The notes: a model not told the origin generated them from the sequence alone. 64,000 nucleotides of DNA from Alphaproteobacteria bacterium (GCA_965216755.1 CBDCGL010000011.1:1792001-1856000), one strand, 5' to 3'; shown: positions 39,478-50,142, counted from the first letter of the stretch. Numbers and translations are program-made.

Positions 39478-40934
39478 CACCGGGAACGCCGCCCGGTCGC
39501 CACATCCCAGGGCCACGGCACGTCATGGTCGAGATGTGCCCTGGTCACGTCGGTGCGGGCGACAACCGTGTCAACGTCGACAATATGATCGCCGTAGCCG
39601 CCCAGCGCGAGGTAGTCCGCGCGCCCCAACGTGAACTCGATCGGCGCGACCAATGCCGGCGTCGGCACGTAACCGAACGACTTGGCCGGCATTTTTGTGA
39701 CGTCCACCATCAAGGTGATACCGCCGCCCGGCCACACATAAGCAGGCGCGCCGCCACAAGTCACGCGCGTCAAAGCGCCCGCAACCGAACGGGTCAGCCG
39801 CACCGGGTTTTCAGTCACGCCGGCGCGCAACGAACCACCGGCACCGGCCATAAACAACACACTGCACAGCGCCGGCTCGCAGTTTTCGGCGATCCGCGCG
39901 ACAACCGTGGCGACCGGTTCGGGCATCTCCATTGGCCGCGGTTCCAAGTCCGCATTCAATTCAAACCAGGCAGAATCCTCGCCGGTGGTGGACACCATCA
40001 GCAAACGCAATCCTGGCCACGCTTTTTTCGGATCGATGCGTTCGATGATATCCAAGGGATTGTGGATGTCGGTACCGCCCCAACCAGCGCCATGGGCGGC
40101 GACTTGAAAATAGCGACCGGGTGTCGATCTGCGACCACGCACGCGTATGCCGGCGGGCCTCATATCGAGAAACCGGCCAGCTTGATGTTCCGTCAAGACG
40201 CCCGTGATGTGATCGTCGACGACAATGACTTCATCTGCGTGGCCGTGCCATTGTTTGGCGAACATGCCGATCGCGGCCGAACCACAACCGACCCGCATCC
40301 GATCCTCGCGCACACCGTCGACCACAGGTGCGGCGCCGGCTTGGACCGTGATGGCCGCACCACCATCGATATCCAAATCAACCGGCTGTCGGTCGCACAG
40401 GTCGAGCAGCGCACGACATGTCACCGCGCCCTCTTTCTTGGAGCCGCCGGTGAAATGGCGCACGCCGCCGAGCGCGAGCATTTGTGAGCCATACTCCGCC
40501 GTGGTCACATGGCCGATCTGCTCGCCATTACAGCGCACAGCCGCCGATTCAGGTCCCAAATAGCGATCGGTATCGATTTTTACCTTGACGCCGCAATAGC
40601 TGAAAATGCCCTCAGACACGACAGTGACCATGTCAATATCGTCGATCTGACTGGCAACGATAAAGGGTGCGGGTTTGTAATCGGGGTAGGTCGTGCCGGC
40701 GCCAACACCGGTTACAAACTGGTCGCCGCCGCGCACCACGGCGCCCTGCCAAGCGGAGGTGTCTTCAACGAACGGTACGAGCGTCTCCGCGCGCGTGGCG
40801 ACCAGCAGCGGATCGACTCGGGTCAATACCCCGTCGAAGTTAGCATAGCGGTCACATGCGCCGGACTGGCCATCGCGAATGCGGCACAGGACCGGACAGG
40901 CCTCACACCGGATCAAAGATTTGTCGTCGGCCAT
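39477..40934 (-). CDS. 6-hydroxynicotinate reductase
   Basis: N-terminal CEACPVLC..C, TTYPDYKPAP, SYCGVKVKIDTD, RMRVGCGSA, WPGGGIT. Confidence 0.85.
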   Translation of the reverse strand: MADDKSLIRCEACPVLCRIRDGQSGACDRYANFDGVLTRVDPLLVATRAETLVPFVEDTSAWQGAVVRGGDQFVTGVGAGTTYPDYKPAPFIVASQIDDIDMVTVVSEGIFSYCGVKVKIDTDRYLGPESAAVRCNGEQIGHVTTAEYGSQMLALGGVRHFTGGSKKEGAVTCRALLDLCDRQPVDLDIDGGAAITVQAGAAPVVDGVREDRMRVGCGSAAIGMFAKQWHGHADEVIVVDDHITGVLTEHQAGRFLDMRPAGIRVRGRRSTPGRYFQVAAHGAGWGGTDIHNPLDIIERIDPKKAWPGLRLLMVSTTGEDSAWFELNADLEPRPMEMPEPVATVVARIAENCEPALCSVLFMAGAGGSLRAGVTENPVRLTRSVAGALTRVTCGGAPAYVWPGGGITLMVDVTKMPAKSFGYVPTPALVAPIEFTLGRADYLALGGYGDHIVDVDTVVARTDVTRAHLDHDVPWPWDVATGRRSR

Positions 40935-40937
40935 GGC

Positions 40938-43667
40938 TTATCGTTCCCGCCCCAGGATGGCGGCCCGCAGGCGATGGGGCAAGACCGGAACGCAAGTCAT
41001 ACGCACGCCGGTGGCATGGCGGATCGCGCCCAGTATGGCCGGTGCGGTCGGCGCCAATCCCGGTTCGCCGACACCTTTCGCGCCAAACGGACCGGCCGGT
41101 TCCGGATCTTCGATCAAATAGATATCGATCGACGGCACGTCACCGAAAGTCGGTACCAAGTAATCGTGAAGGTTTGCGGTCCGGCCAGGCTCGTACGATT
41201 CCATGAGCGCCATGCCAAGCCCCTGCGCGATACCACCCTCAATCTGCCCCTCGACCAGGGTCGGATTTATCGCGCGACCAACATCATGAGCGGCCCACAT
41301 GTGCCGCACTTTGGTCAAGCCTAGCGCCAGGTCGACATCGACCATGGCAATTTGCGCGCCGAACGCATATGTCGCATAGGGATCACCTTGGCCATCGGCA
41401 TCCATCAATGTGGTCGGCGGATCGAAAACGCCGTCGGCATACATAACCAATCCATCGGCGTCGGCATCCAGCGCCGCGAGATCAAGCCTGTGGGATTGGC
41501 GTCCGTCACTGATCGTCAGAGCGCCGTCGCCCGCATGGATCGTCGCGCCGTCGCCGGCATTCACACAGCGCAAAATCTGCCGCCGCAGTGCCGCGCCGGC
41601 TTCTGCGGCAGCCCGGCCACTGACAAAAGTTTGTCGTGATGCCGAAGTCTTGCCCGCATCCGCCGTGTGGTCGGTATCCCCTACCACTTGCCGAATTGCG
41701 TCGAGCGGTACGCCGATCGCATCTGCGGCGATTTGCGCCAACACCGTGGTGGAGCCCTGGCCGATATCCACCGCGCCATTGGCCAGCCGGATCGCACCGT
41801 CGCGGGTCACGCCAAGGCGGATGGTGGAGGGATTCGCCATCGCCGTGTTGCCGATGCCATACCACATGCATCCGATACCAACCCCGCGTCGCCACCGCAT
41901 GGCTGTGTCGTTGTAACGCCGCGCATCTCGACATGCGTCACGCCAAGCTGGCGCCAACGCGTCGAGGCAGGCCTGGAGCCCGACGCTGGTAGGGAGCGTT
42001 TGGCCGGTGGCGGAGCGGTCGCCCGCCCGTAGCGCATTGCGGCGGCGAAAGGCGAACCGATCGATGCCAAGCGCCAGGGCCAAATCGTCCATCATGGCCT
42101 CGTGCGCAATGGCCGCTTGCGGGACACCGAACCCGCGAAACGCGCCACTCGGCGGCATATTGGTGTAGACGGCGCGGCCACGGTGCGAAACGTTGGGCAC
42201 GCGATACGGCCCGCTGGCGTGAATGGGCACGCGGCCCGCCACAGTCGGCCCCCACGATGCGTAGGCACCTGTATCAAAGGTCGCATCGACCGTCGCGGAC
42301 ACCAATACGCCCTCGCGATCACAAGAAAATCGCGCCGCAATCCGGGCCGGATGGCGCTTGGTTGTTGCGGCCATACTCTCAGCGCGGTCATAGACGCAGG
42401 CGACCGGTCGGTCTGAGTCCAAAGCGGCGCGCGCGATCAAGGCGTGAACAGACAAATCCAGCTTGCCACCAAATCCACCGCCACAGGCAGTGGGTATGAT
42501 ACGCACATTTTGTGGGCTCATATTTAAGATGTGGGCGACTTCGTCCCGATCCATATATGGTGTTTGTGTACTGACATGGATTTCGACCCGGTCGCCCTGG
42601 CGCACCGCCCATCCAGCTTCGGGCTCGATATAGGCGTGCTCGACACGACTGGTTTCGAAAGTGCCTTCGGCGACAAGTGCGTCAGCATTGTCGACCATGT
42701 CGCCCGATTTCACGCGACCGGAAATCAGTATATTGCCTGTGCAATCTTCGTGAACCAAGGGCGCGCCGGGCGCCAATGCTGCATCGAGGTTGGATACCGC
42801 GTCGATAGGCACATAAGAGATCGGCAAGCTTTGATCAGGTAGATCGGCGATGGCGTCTTGCGTACCGACCAAGGCCAAGACGGCTTCGCCCAGATAGCGA
42901 ACCAACCCGTCGGCCAACACGGGCTGGTCCCTCAGTTCTGGATAGATCCCGAACCGGTTGATGGGGATATGATTCGCGGTCAGGATTTGGCTGAGTCCCG
43001 GCGTCGTCGTCACGATGCCCCGCATATCCCCGAGGGTCACCCGCGCCGCAGCATGCGGCGATCTGACAACGCGCAGCCACAAGGCGTCGCGCGGCACATT
43101 GTCGGCACCAAAAACGTCGCTGCCGTTGACCTTAGCGGGACCATCAAGCCGCGTGACGCGGGCACCCACGGCCACGTCCGCCGGTGGCTCGACCCCTACT
43201 CTCGCCCCAGCGTCAGAAACCGCGGCGATGATCTTTCGATATCCCGTACAGCGACATAAGACACCGCCGAGGGCTATTTCAATCTGTGCAGCAGTCGGAT
43301 GCGGATGTCGCGCCAGCAGAGCCGTGGCCGCCATCAACATTCCCGGTGTGCATATGCCACATTGCGCGGCACCGTGACGCAAAAACGCCTTCTGCAAGGG
43401 GTTCAAAATGCCATCTTGCGCCAACCCTTCGACGGTGCGGACGGTACAGCCGGCCACTTGTCCTAGTGCCACTAGACATGCACAACGCGCCGCATCCTCC
43501 ACCAATACCGTACAGGCGCCACAGTCGCCGGCATCGCAGCCGACTTTGGTTCCGTAAAGACCGAATTCGTCGCGTAAGACGTTCGACAAGCGCGCCATCG
43601 GCGCGCTGTGCGCCTTGACGTCACGCCCGTTGAGACGAAAGTCGATGCCATGGGACCGTGCCATCAT
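40938..43667 (-). CDS. Molybdenum hydroxylase (probable nicotinate dehydrogenase), fused 2x[2Fe-2S] + Mo-cofactor subunit
   Basis: GCDAGDCGACT, QCGICTPG, CRCTGY, GGGFGGK, AFRGFG, GAKGVGE; lies next to the 6-hydroxynicotinate reductase gene. Confidence 0.88.
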   Translation of the reverse strand: MMARSHGIDFRLNGRDVKAHSAPMARLSNVLRDEFGLYGTKVGCDAGDCGACTVLVEDAARCACLVALGQVAGCTVRTVEGLAQDGILNPLQKAFLRHGAAQCGICTPGMLMAATALLARHPHPTAAQIEIALGGVLCRCTGYRKIIAAVSDAGARVGVEPPADVAVGARVTRLDGPAKVNGSDVFGADNVPRDALWLRVVRSPHAAARVTLGDMRGIVTTTPGLSQILTANHIPINRFGIYPELRDQPVLADGLVRYLGEAVLALVGTQDAIADLPDQSLPISYVPIDAVSNLDAALAPGAPLVHEDCTGNILISGRVKSGDMVDNADALVAEGTFETSRVEHAYIEPEAGWAVRQGDRVEIHVSTQTPYMDRDEVAHILNMSPQNVRIIPTACGGGFGGKLDLSVHALIARAALDSDRPVACVYDRAESMAATTKRHPARIAARFSCDREGVLVSATVDATFDTGAYASWGPTVAGRVPIHASGPYRVPNVSHRGRAVYTNMPPSGAFRGFGVPQAAIAHEAMMDDLALALGIDRFAFRRRNALRAGDRSATGQTLPTSVGLQACLDALAPAWRDACRDARRYNDTAMRWRRGVGIGCMWYGIGNTAMANPSTIRLGVTRDGAIRLANGAVDIGQGSTTVLAQIAADAIGVPLDAIRQVVGDTDHTADAGKTSASRQTFVSGRAAAEAGAALRRQILRCVNAGDGATIHAGDGALTISDGRQSHRLDLAALDADADGLVMYADGVFDPPTTLMDADGQGDPYATYAFGAQIAMVDVDLALGLTKVRHMWAAHDVGRAINPTLVEGQIEGGIAQGLGMALMESYEPGRTANLHDYLVPTFGDVPSIDIYLIEDPEPAGPFGAKGVGEPGLAPTAPAILGAIRHATGVRMTCVPVLPHRLRAAILGRER

Positions 43668-44518
43668 CCGCCGACGGCCGGTTGCCCACCCAACTTCGCA
43701 AGCGAATCAGCTACCATTCGTCGCGCCGCATCACAACGATAGGCGGCCGTGGCCCGAATGTCGTCAATCGGCGATAACGCGGCGAAATGGCTATCTTCGA
43801 CGATGTTGCCAAGTTCCGGCGCCAATGGCAGGCCCAACAATTGGGATTCCAATTGTTGCAGCCGGCGCACCGCGGGGCCGCAAGCACCAACTGCGACACG
43901 CGCGGCGGTCACGACGCCATCGTCGGCTTCAATCACAGTCGCCACGGCAATGATCGAAATGACCAAATTCTTGCGTGCCCCAAGCTTGCGAAAATCGCTC
44001 ACGGCCACGGACGCACGCGGTGTTGGTACCAGTACGGCCGTCATCAGTTGGTCCGGCCGCAAAACCGTTTGCCCCTTGCCTTGGATAAATGCTGATAACG
44101 GAATCTGAGTCACATCCGCGACCGATGTCAATTCTACGTGGGCATCCATCACCGACAGGGGTGGCACACCATCAGCTGCCGGCGATGCATTGCACAGATT
44201 GCCACACAACGTGCCGGCGTTCTGGATCTGTGGTCCGCCAATTTCGCGCGCCGCCGCACGCAAGCCGTCAAAGACCGGCGGCAAATCTGCCGCGTCGATG
44301 TCCGCCCATGTGGTTGTGGCGCCGATACGCCAGTGATCGGCTATGTACGCAATACCGCGCAGGCTGTCGATGCCCGTGATATCAAGAACCGCATCGGCAA
44401 GCGGCTGCGCCGCGCGCGCCGGAAAGAAATCCGTGCCGCCCGCCAAAACTGTCAGGTGTCGCGCGGCAAGCGCGGCTACGGCCTCATCAATGCTCTGCGG
44501 TCGCACATAATCCGCCAT
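43664..44518 (-). CDS. Molybdenum hydroxylase FAD-binding subunit
   Basis: LAGGTD, QIQNAGTLCGNLCNASPAAD, PIDDIRATAAYR; ATGA overlap with the next gene. Confidence 0.92.
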   Translation of the reverse strand: MADYVRPQSIDEAVAALAARHLTVLAGGTDFFPARAAQPLADAVLDITGIDSLRGIAYIADHWRIGATTTWADIDAADLPPVFDGLRAAAREIGGPQIQNAGTLCGNLCNASPAADGVPPLSVMDAHVELTSVADVTQIPLSAFIQGKGQTVLRPDQLMTAVLVPTPRASVAVSDFRKLGARKNLVISIIAVATVIEADDGVVTAARVAVGACGPAVRRLQQLESQLLGLPLAPELGNIVEDSHFAALSPIDDIRATAAYRCDAARRMVADSLAKLGGQPAVGG

Positions 44519-44715
44519 CGCGCCTTGGCTCCATCATCCCCGCATCTGGCCCTTCAACAGCCACGTAAGCCAAGTTTAGTTGCGACGAAGCCAGGGTCAA
44601 TCGATCAGAATGCGCAGCCTCACGCCGCCCGTTCCGTGTGTGTCGTTCTCAACCGCCAGGTCCACGCACCGCACGGCTAATGAATTTTAGACTACCGATA
44701 TGTCGGCGATGGCTT

Positions 44716-45219
44716 TCAGAGCAAAGCACCTTCGTGGCGCAAAAGCCATGCCTTGCGTTCGACACCGCTGGCATAGCCGGTCAATGTGCCATCATGACCA
44801 ATCACGCGATGACACGGCACAACGACGGCAACCGGATTTCGCCCGTTTGCCAAGCCCACCGCGCGGGACGCGCCCGGCTTACCCAATTTCTTTGCCAATT
44901 CACCATAGGATGTTGTCACGCCGACGGGGATTTTACGCAATTCATCCCATACGCGGCGCTGAAACGGCGTGCCGCCCGCGTCCACCTTAACCCCATCGAG
45001 CGCCCCCAAATCACCATCGAAATACGCCCGCAGTTGGCGACCAATCGCGGTTGGTGTCCGCGCTGCGATGATGCGCGCGTCCTTGAAGCGTTTTTTGACG
45101 ATGTCTTCTTTGCGCGCCCAGGTTTCGTCGAAACCGATGGCAACGACTCCATTGGGCCCGGACAGCGCGAATACTTTGCCAATTTGAGTCTCGATTTCAT
45201 CAACCACGATGTCCGTCAT
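44716..45219 (-). CDS. ogt: Methylated-DNA-protein-cysteine methyltransferase
   Basis: GTPFQRRVW, SYGELA, RAVG, NP..VPCHRV; start ATG 45219. Confidence 0.93.
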   Translation of the reverse strand: MTDIVVDEIETQIGKVFALSGPNGVVAIGFDETWARKEDIVKKRFKDARIIAARTPTAIGRQLRAYFDGDLGALDGVKVDAGGTPFQRRVWDELRKIPVGVTTSYGELAKKLGKPGASRAVGLANGRNPVAVVVPCHRVIGHDGTLTGYASGVERKAWLLRHEGALL

Positions 45220-46699
45220 CGCGACCTCCATACATCCAAAGATACATTGCGGCATAGGCGCGCCAGGGCCGCCAACGGCACGCGGCAGCAGCCAAATCCT
45301 CGCCATTGCCGCCCGTGCGCCGACGCCAGGCGCGGCGAAGGCCAAGATCCGTCTCAGGAAAGGCATCCGGCTCCCGCACCGCGCGCATGGCGATATAGTG
45401 GGCAGTCCACGGGCCGATTCCCGGCAATGACGTCAAACGCGCGATCGTGTCGTCCAGGTCGCGCGCCAGATCGGCAAAAAGATCATCGTCCGCCACAGCG
45501 CGGGCAAAGGCACGAATGGTTGTGGCACGCGCACCTGTCAAACCGATCGCAGATAAGTCCGCGTCGACCAAGTCCTTAGGGTTTGGAAACAGCCGGTATG
45601 GCGCAACTGTGTCGTTGAGGTCATCGAACTGACCGCCAAACCGGTCCACCAATCGTCCAGCTAACGTACTCGCGCCAGCGACGCTCACCTGTTGGCCGAG
45701 AATCGCGCGCACGCCGAGTTCGAATGGATCCCAGGCACCCGGCACGCGCATGCCCGCCAACCTTTCTGGCGCGCCACAGAGAACTGGATCGGCCGCCAAA
45801 TGCTCACAAATCGCACTTGGATCGGCGCCGAAGTCCATCAACCGACGCACGCGCTCCATAACATCGATCAGGTTAGCCGGTCCATCCACCGACACCGCTA
45901 CATTGAAATGCGCGCCGGCGCCGGCTGGTGAGACAGAAATCCTGCCGCGCGCCGCGCCAAGTTGGACCGTGCGGTGATACCCGGCTTCGGTCACGCTTTC
46001 CACGCCGGGAATCGCGCGGCCACGCAAATATCGGGCGACCGCCGGCCAGTCATATGGCGGTCGATAAGCCATCTTCAAAGTAATCGGCGCGCCCGCCGTG
46101 ATCTCCGATTCTGCCACGCGACGGCGGCGCAGATCACCTGGGGAAATCGCATACATCCGACGGAGCGCATCATTAAAGCGACGAACACTCGCAAACCCGG
46201 CCGCGTGCGCGACCTCGGTCATTGGCAGGCTCGTCTCGGTGATCAATTTTTTCGCAAACAACACCCGGCGCGCGACTGCAATGGCATTCGGCGCTGCGCC
46301 CAAGTGGTGCGAAAATAGGCGTCGAAGATGGCGCGCGCCGACGCCGAGGCGGTCCGCCAGCGCCTCGACAGAACCACCGTTGTCAAGTGCACCTTCACCG
46401 ATCAGACGCAATCCACGGGACACGGTCGCCGAGGCCCCCAGCCACGCCGGCGTACCTGGCGACGCTTCCGGGCGACAGCGCAAACACGGTCGAAAACCGG
46501 CCGCCTGAGCAGCCGCCGCGCTCGGCAAAAAAGTGCAATTCTCAAAGCGCGGGGTGCGCACCGGACAAACCGGTCGGCAAAAGATCCCGGTCGTACGCAC
46601 AGCCGTAAAAAAACGACCGTCAAAGCGCGCGTCCCGGCTCAGAACTGCCTGGTAGCAGGTTTCCGGATCCAAGGTCATGGCCACAGGTATAGCGGTCAT
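45200..46699 (-). CDS. alkA: Ada Zn-binding / AraC - AlkA DNA-3-methyladenine glycosylase fusion
   Basis: CRPVC, RPCLRCRP, AraC HTH, ILGQQVS, LPGIGPWTA, WRPWRAYA. Confidence 0.92.
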   Translation of the reverse strand: MTAIPVAMTLDPETCYQAVLSRDARFDGRFFTAVRTTGIFCRPVCPVRTPRFENCTFLPSAAAAQAAGFRPCLRCRPEASPGTPAWLGASATVSRGLRLIGEGALDNGGSVEALADRLGVGARHLRRLFSHHLGAAPNAIAVARRVLFAKKLITETSLPMTEVAHAAGFASVRRFNDALRRMYAISPGDLRRRRVAESEITAGAPITLKMAYRPPYDWPAVARYLRGRAIPGVESVTEAGYHRTVQLGAARGRISVSPAGAGAHFNVAVSVDGPANLIDVMERVRRLMDFGADPSAICEHLAADPVLCGAPERLAGMRVPGAWDPFELGVRAILGQQVSVAGASTLAGRLVDRFGGQFDDLNDTVAPYRLFPNPKDLVDADLSAIGLTGARATTIRAFARAVADDDLFADLARDLDDTIARLTSLPGIGPWTAHYIAMRAVREPDAFPETDLGLRRAWRRRTGGNGEDLAAAACRWRPWRAYAAMYLWMYGGRDDGHRG

Positions 46700-46759
46700 C
46701 GCCGCCGCTGTCTGGCCGTTTTCGGACTCCGTTAGGACGTCATGTCCCGGCGCACACAG

Positions 46760-47041
46760 TCAACACTCGTTCACTTCGATTTCGCACGGTCGAAATGCGA
46801 ATCCGATGAATTCGTCGACCCAATCGGCGTAAAAGGCGCGCTCATCGACACAGTGGACCTTGGCAAATATGAACAATTGCCCGTCCACCTCGCGCTCCTC
46901 GACTTCATTGACAAACGCGACTTCGCAACCCAGTTCGATGAGCGCCTGTTCCTCCAACAACTCTTCCCAATTCGCCATGGCCGGCCCGGCCACAAAACCA
47001 GCCATTGAAATGGCGGCAGCAATCATAAACCTAGCTCGCAC
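46760..47041 (-). CDS. Small exported acidic hypothetical protein
   Basis: GGAGG RBS, GTG start, signal ..GPAMA/N, four Cys. Confidence 0.7.
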   Translation of the reverse strand: MRARFMIAAAISMAGFVAGPAMANWEELLEEQALIELGCEVAFVNEVEEREVDGQLFIFAKVHCVDERAFYADWVDEFIGFAFRPCEIEVNEC

Positions 47042-47246
47042 GTTCCGGCCCTCCTTGACATTGTGAATGGTCATTGTCCGATGTCGATTCAAGACGCCAG
47101 TGAGCCCGCCCGCGCGACCAAACGCGACAACCTGGATCAGCGACATCTTGCGTGTGTTTCACGGCAATGCTAAAAACCCAACCGAGCGTGAACATTTAGC
47201 GAACAACGTAACAGGACGCCAGCCGCAGGGGGCACGCGACGAACGG

Positions 47247-49331
47247 ATGGATGGAGCGCTGGCGACGCAAGCGGCGTCGTATCTCGACACCTTGAATGAA
47301 GGCCAGCGGGCCGCGGTCACACATGGCATTGATGCCCACACGGCAATGTCGGGCACGCCGCCTTTGTTGATCATCGCCGGCGCGGGTAGCGGCAAGACCA
47401 TGGCCCTCGCCCACAGGGTCGCCCATTTGATCGTCAATGGCGCCGATCCCGCGGCCATCTTGTTGCTTACCTTTACCCGTCGGGCGGCGCTTGAGATGAC
47501 GCGACGGGTCGAGCGTATTTGTGCCCGGGCGCTGGGTGCCGCGGCGCCCGCGCGCATACCGTGGGCAGGCACCTTCCACGGTATCGCCAATCGATTGTTG
47601 CGAAGTCACGCCGAGGCGATCGGACTTGACCCGGCATTTACCGTGCTCGACCGCGCCGACGCAGCCGATTTGATGAATTTGGTGCGAAGTGACCTTGGGT
47701 TCGCAACCAAGGCCAGTCGGTTTCCACGCAAAGACACTTGCCTGGCGATCTATTCGCATGTTGTCAATGCACGGCGCCCACTGTTCGATATTTTGGAAGA
47801 GGTGTTTCCATGGTGTGCGGATTGGGCGCACGATCTGCAATCTCTATTCGCCGGCTACGTTGACGCCAAACAAAACCGCAACGTCGCGGATTTCGATGAT
47901 TTGTTGCTTTATTGGCACCATATGATGTCTGACCCGGCTGTCGCCGCCGCGGTTGGCGCGGATTTCGATCACATTTTGGTCGACGAATACCAAGACACCA
48001 ATGCGCTGCAAGCGAACATATTGCGTGCGCTCAAACCGACCGGCGTGGGCGTCAACGTGGTCGGCGATGACGCCCAAGCTATCTACGGTTTTCGGGCGGC
48101 AACGGTGCGCAATATCCTCGACTTCCCGGACCAATTCGCGCCTAAGGTCGAGGTCTGCAAGTTGGAGCAAAATTATCGTTCCTCGCGCCCCATTCTTGAC
48201 GTCTGCAACGCTGTTATCGGTTTGTCGTCGATGGGATTTGATAAGAGCCTTTTTTCCACACGCACGTCATCGGAAAAACCTTACCTAATCACAGCTGCTG
48301 ATGAGACGGCACAGGTGGATTACGTGGTGAGCGAGATCTTGGCGGCGCGTGAGGCCGGTACGCTTCTCAAGGATCAAGCCGTTCTGTTTCGAACCAGTCA
48401 TCACAGCGACAGGCTCGAGGTTGAACTGGGCCGGCGGAACATTCCTTACGTGAAATTTGGCGGTCTAAAGTTCCTCGAAACCGGGCATATCAAGGACGTT
48501 ATTTGTGTGTTGCGCTGGGCGGAAAATCCGCGCGACGAGATTGCCGCGTTTCGGGTGCTGCAATTGCTGCCAGGGATTGGGCCCGTCCATGCACGACGCA
48601 TCTTCGATGCGGTGACAGCCACGGGCAGCGACATAAGACAACTCGCGGGATTGAGCGTGCCGATAGCGGCGAGAAACGATTGGCCGGCCCTGTGCACGTT
48701 GATGGCCGGGCTTATTGGCAAGGCCCTGTCTTTGGGTGATCAAGTCAGCCGTGCGCGTGACTGGTATAAGCCCCATTTGGAACGGGTCTATCAGGCGACG
48801 ATCGCGCGCGACGGCGACCTCGACCAACTGGAACATATCGCCAGCGGCTATCAAACACGTGAACAATTCTTGTCAGAGCTCGCGTTGGATCCACCAGCGG
48901 CCTCCGGCGATCACGCTGGCGCGCCGCTCTTGGACGAAGACTATCTGATCCTGTCTACGATCCACTCGGCCAAGGGCCAAGAGTGGGATAGTGTCTATTT
49001 GCTAAATGCCGCTGACGGTTGCATTCCGTCTGACATGGCGACCGGTAGTGCCGATCAAATTGAAGAGGAACGCCGCCTTCTTTACGTCGCAATGACTCGT
49101 GCGCGCCAATCGCTTCATTTGGTTCACCCGCTGCGCTTCTTCAAACACAATCAACCGCGCCACGGCGACAGCCACATGTTTGCGCCACGAACGCGTTTTA
49201 TCCCAGACGCGCTGCTGCCTCTATTTACGCGCAAACGCCAAAGCCATCGGCTCGACACCGGCGGGCGGGCCGAAAAATTGACCGCCCGCGTTGACGTCAA
49301 GGCCAAGATGCGCGCAATGTGGCAGGATTAG
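47247..49331 (+). CDS. UvrD/Rep-family ATP-dependent helicase
   Basis: AGAGSGKT, TFH, DEYQD, VGDDAQAIY, LEQNYRS, TIHSAKGQEW, EERRLLYVAMTRA. Confidence 0.94.
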   Translation: MDGALATQAASYLDTLNEGQRAAVTHGIDAHTAMSGTPPLLIIAGAGSGKTMALAHRVAHLIVNGADPAAILLLTFTRRAALEMTRRVERICARALGAAAPARIPWAGTFHGIANRLLRSHAEAIGLDPAFTVLDRADAADLMNLVRSDLGFATKASRFPRKDTCLAIYSHVVNARRPLFDILEEVFPWCADWAHDLQSLFAGYVDAKQNRNVADFDDLLLYWHHMMSDPAVAAAVGADFDHILVDEYQDTNALQANILRALKPTGVGVNVVGDDAQAIYGFRAATVRNILDFPDQFAPKVEVCKLEQNYRSSRPILDVCNAVIGLSSMGFDKSLFSTRTSSEKPYLITAADETAQVDYVVSEILAAREAGTLLKDQAVLFRTSHHSDRLEVELGRRNIPYVKFGGLKFLETGHIKDVICVLRWAENPRDEIAAFRVLQLLPGIGPVHARRIFDAVTATGSDIRQLAGLSVPIAARNDWPALCTLMAGLIGKALSLGDQVSRARDWYKPHLERVYQATIARDGDLDQLEHIASGYQTREQFLSELALDPPAASGDHAGAPLLDEDYLILSTIHSAKGQEWDSVYLLNAADGCIPSDMATGSADQIEEERRLLYVAMTRARQSLHLVHPLRFFKHNQPRHGDSHMFAPRTRFIPDALLPLFTRKRQSHRLDTGGRAEKLTARVDVKAKMRAMWQD

Positions 49332-49631
49332 AACGTTCCACGCTGACGCACTTTGCGACCATATTATCGGACCGCTCGCCCGATGCGCGGGTGCGGCGGA
49401 TCGGACGTGCGCCCGATCTCGCATCGAACGCCGGAGCGAACGTCGGATCCATGAACCGCACGAGATCCGAAGATTTGGCTCGTGTCCTGACAGATCCGGC
49501 GTTCGCATCGCGATGGGGTCAGATGTGACAAACTTCGGATCCGGAACACGAGCATCACGCGCCACCACCCTTCGCGTAGACCGCCACGCCGGGCAGTCAA
49601 AAAAATCGTTTCAGGATGGACGGAAAGTGCC

Positions 49632-50015
49632 CTAGCCCGCGGCCGGCGTCGCCAATGCGATCGATGCGCCCGTCGGATCCGCGACCACCGCGATCCGCCC
49701 GACACCTTCGATATCAAACGGTGGCACCATTACCTTCCCACCGGCTGGTTCGACCTTCGCGACCGCCGAGTCCACATCGCTCACAGCGATATACGACATC
49801 CAATGCGGCGGCACGCCCTGCCACTGTGCGCCATCCATCTTCAGCATGCCGCCAACATCCTTGTCGCCCGAGACCCAAACCGTATAGGTGCCGGCACCGC
49901 CTGGCATTTCCATCGATTTGGACGTCCAACCAACGACTTCGCCATAGAACGTCTTGCAGCGATTCGGGTCGTTGGTCGCGAGCTCATTCCACCAAAATGT
50001 TCCATGCTCGGGCAT
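49632..50015 (-). CDS. VOC / glyoxalase family protein
   Basis: WNEL, FYGEVVGW, HWMSYIAVSDVD, GRIAVVADPTGA. Confidence 0.92.
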   Translation of the reverse strand: MPEHGTFWWNELATNDPNRCKTFYGEVVGWTSKSMEMPGGAGTYTVWVSGDKDVGGMLKMDGAQWQGVPPHWMSYIAVSDVDSAVAKVEPAGGKVMVPPFDIEGVGRIAVVADPTGASIALATPAAG

Positions 50016-50142
50016 TCTTATCTCCCTCCATTGTGACCATGCAGTTTCATCTGCTTTTTAATGGTACGCCGCCTAACTGAGCCGGTGTTTAGTGTGCGCC
50101 TCAACGACCAGCCCGTCAACGACCGTCGCGCCGTGGCCGCGA

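Noticed and set aside
39231-40487. Long antisense or alternate-frame ORFs (e.g. 39231-40487, 21420-22409, 44638-45579, 1108-1899)
   Set aside because: Shadow ORFs of well-supported genes in high-GC DNA, with no recognisable motifs
49382-49557. CRISPR array or 6S RNA
   Set aside because: Repeat units share only ~6 nt and there are no cas genes; no 6S consensus or usual gene context was recognised
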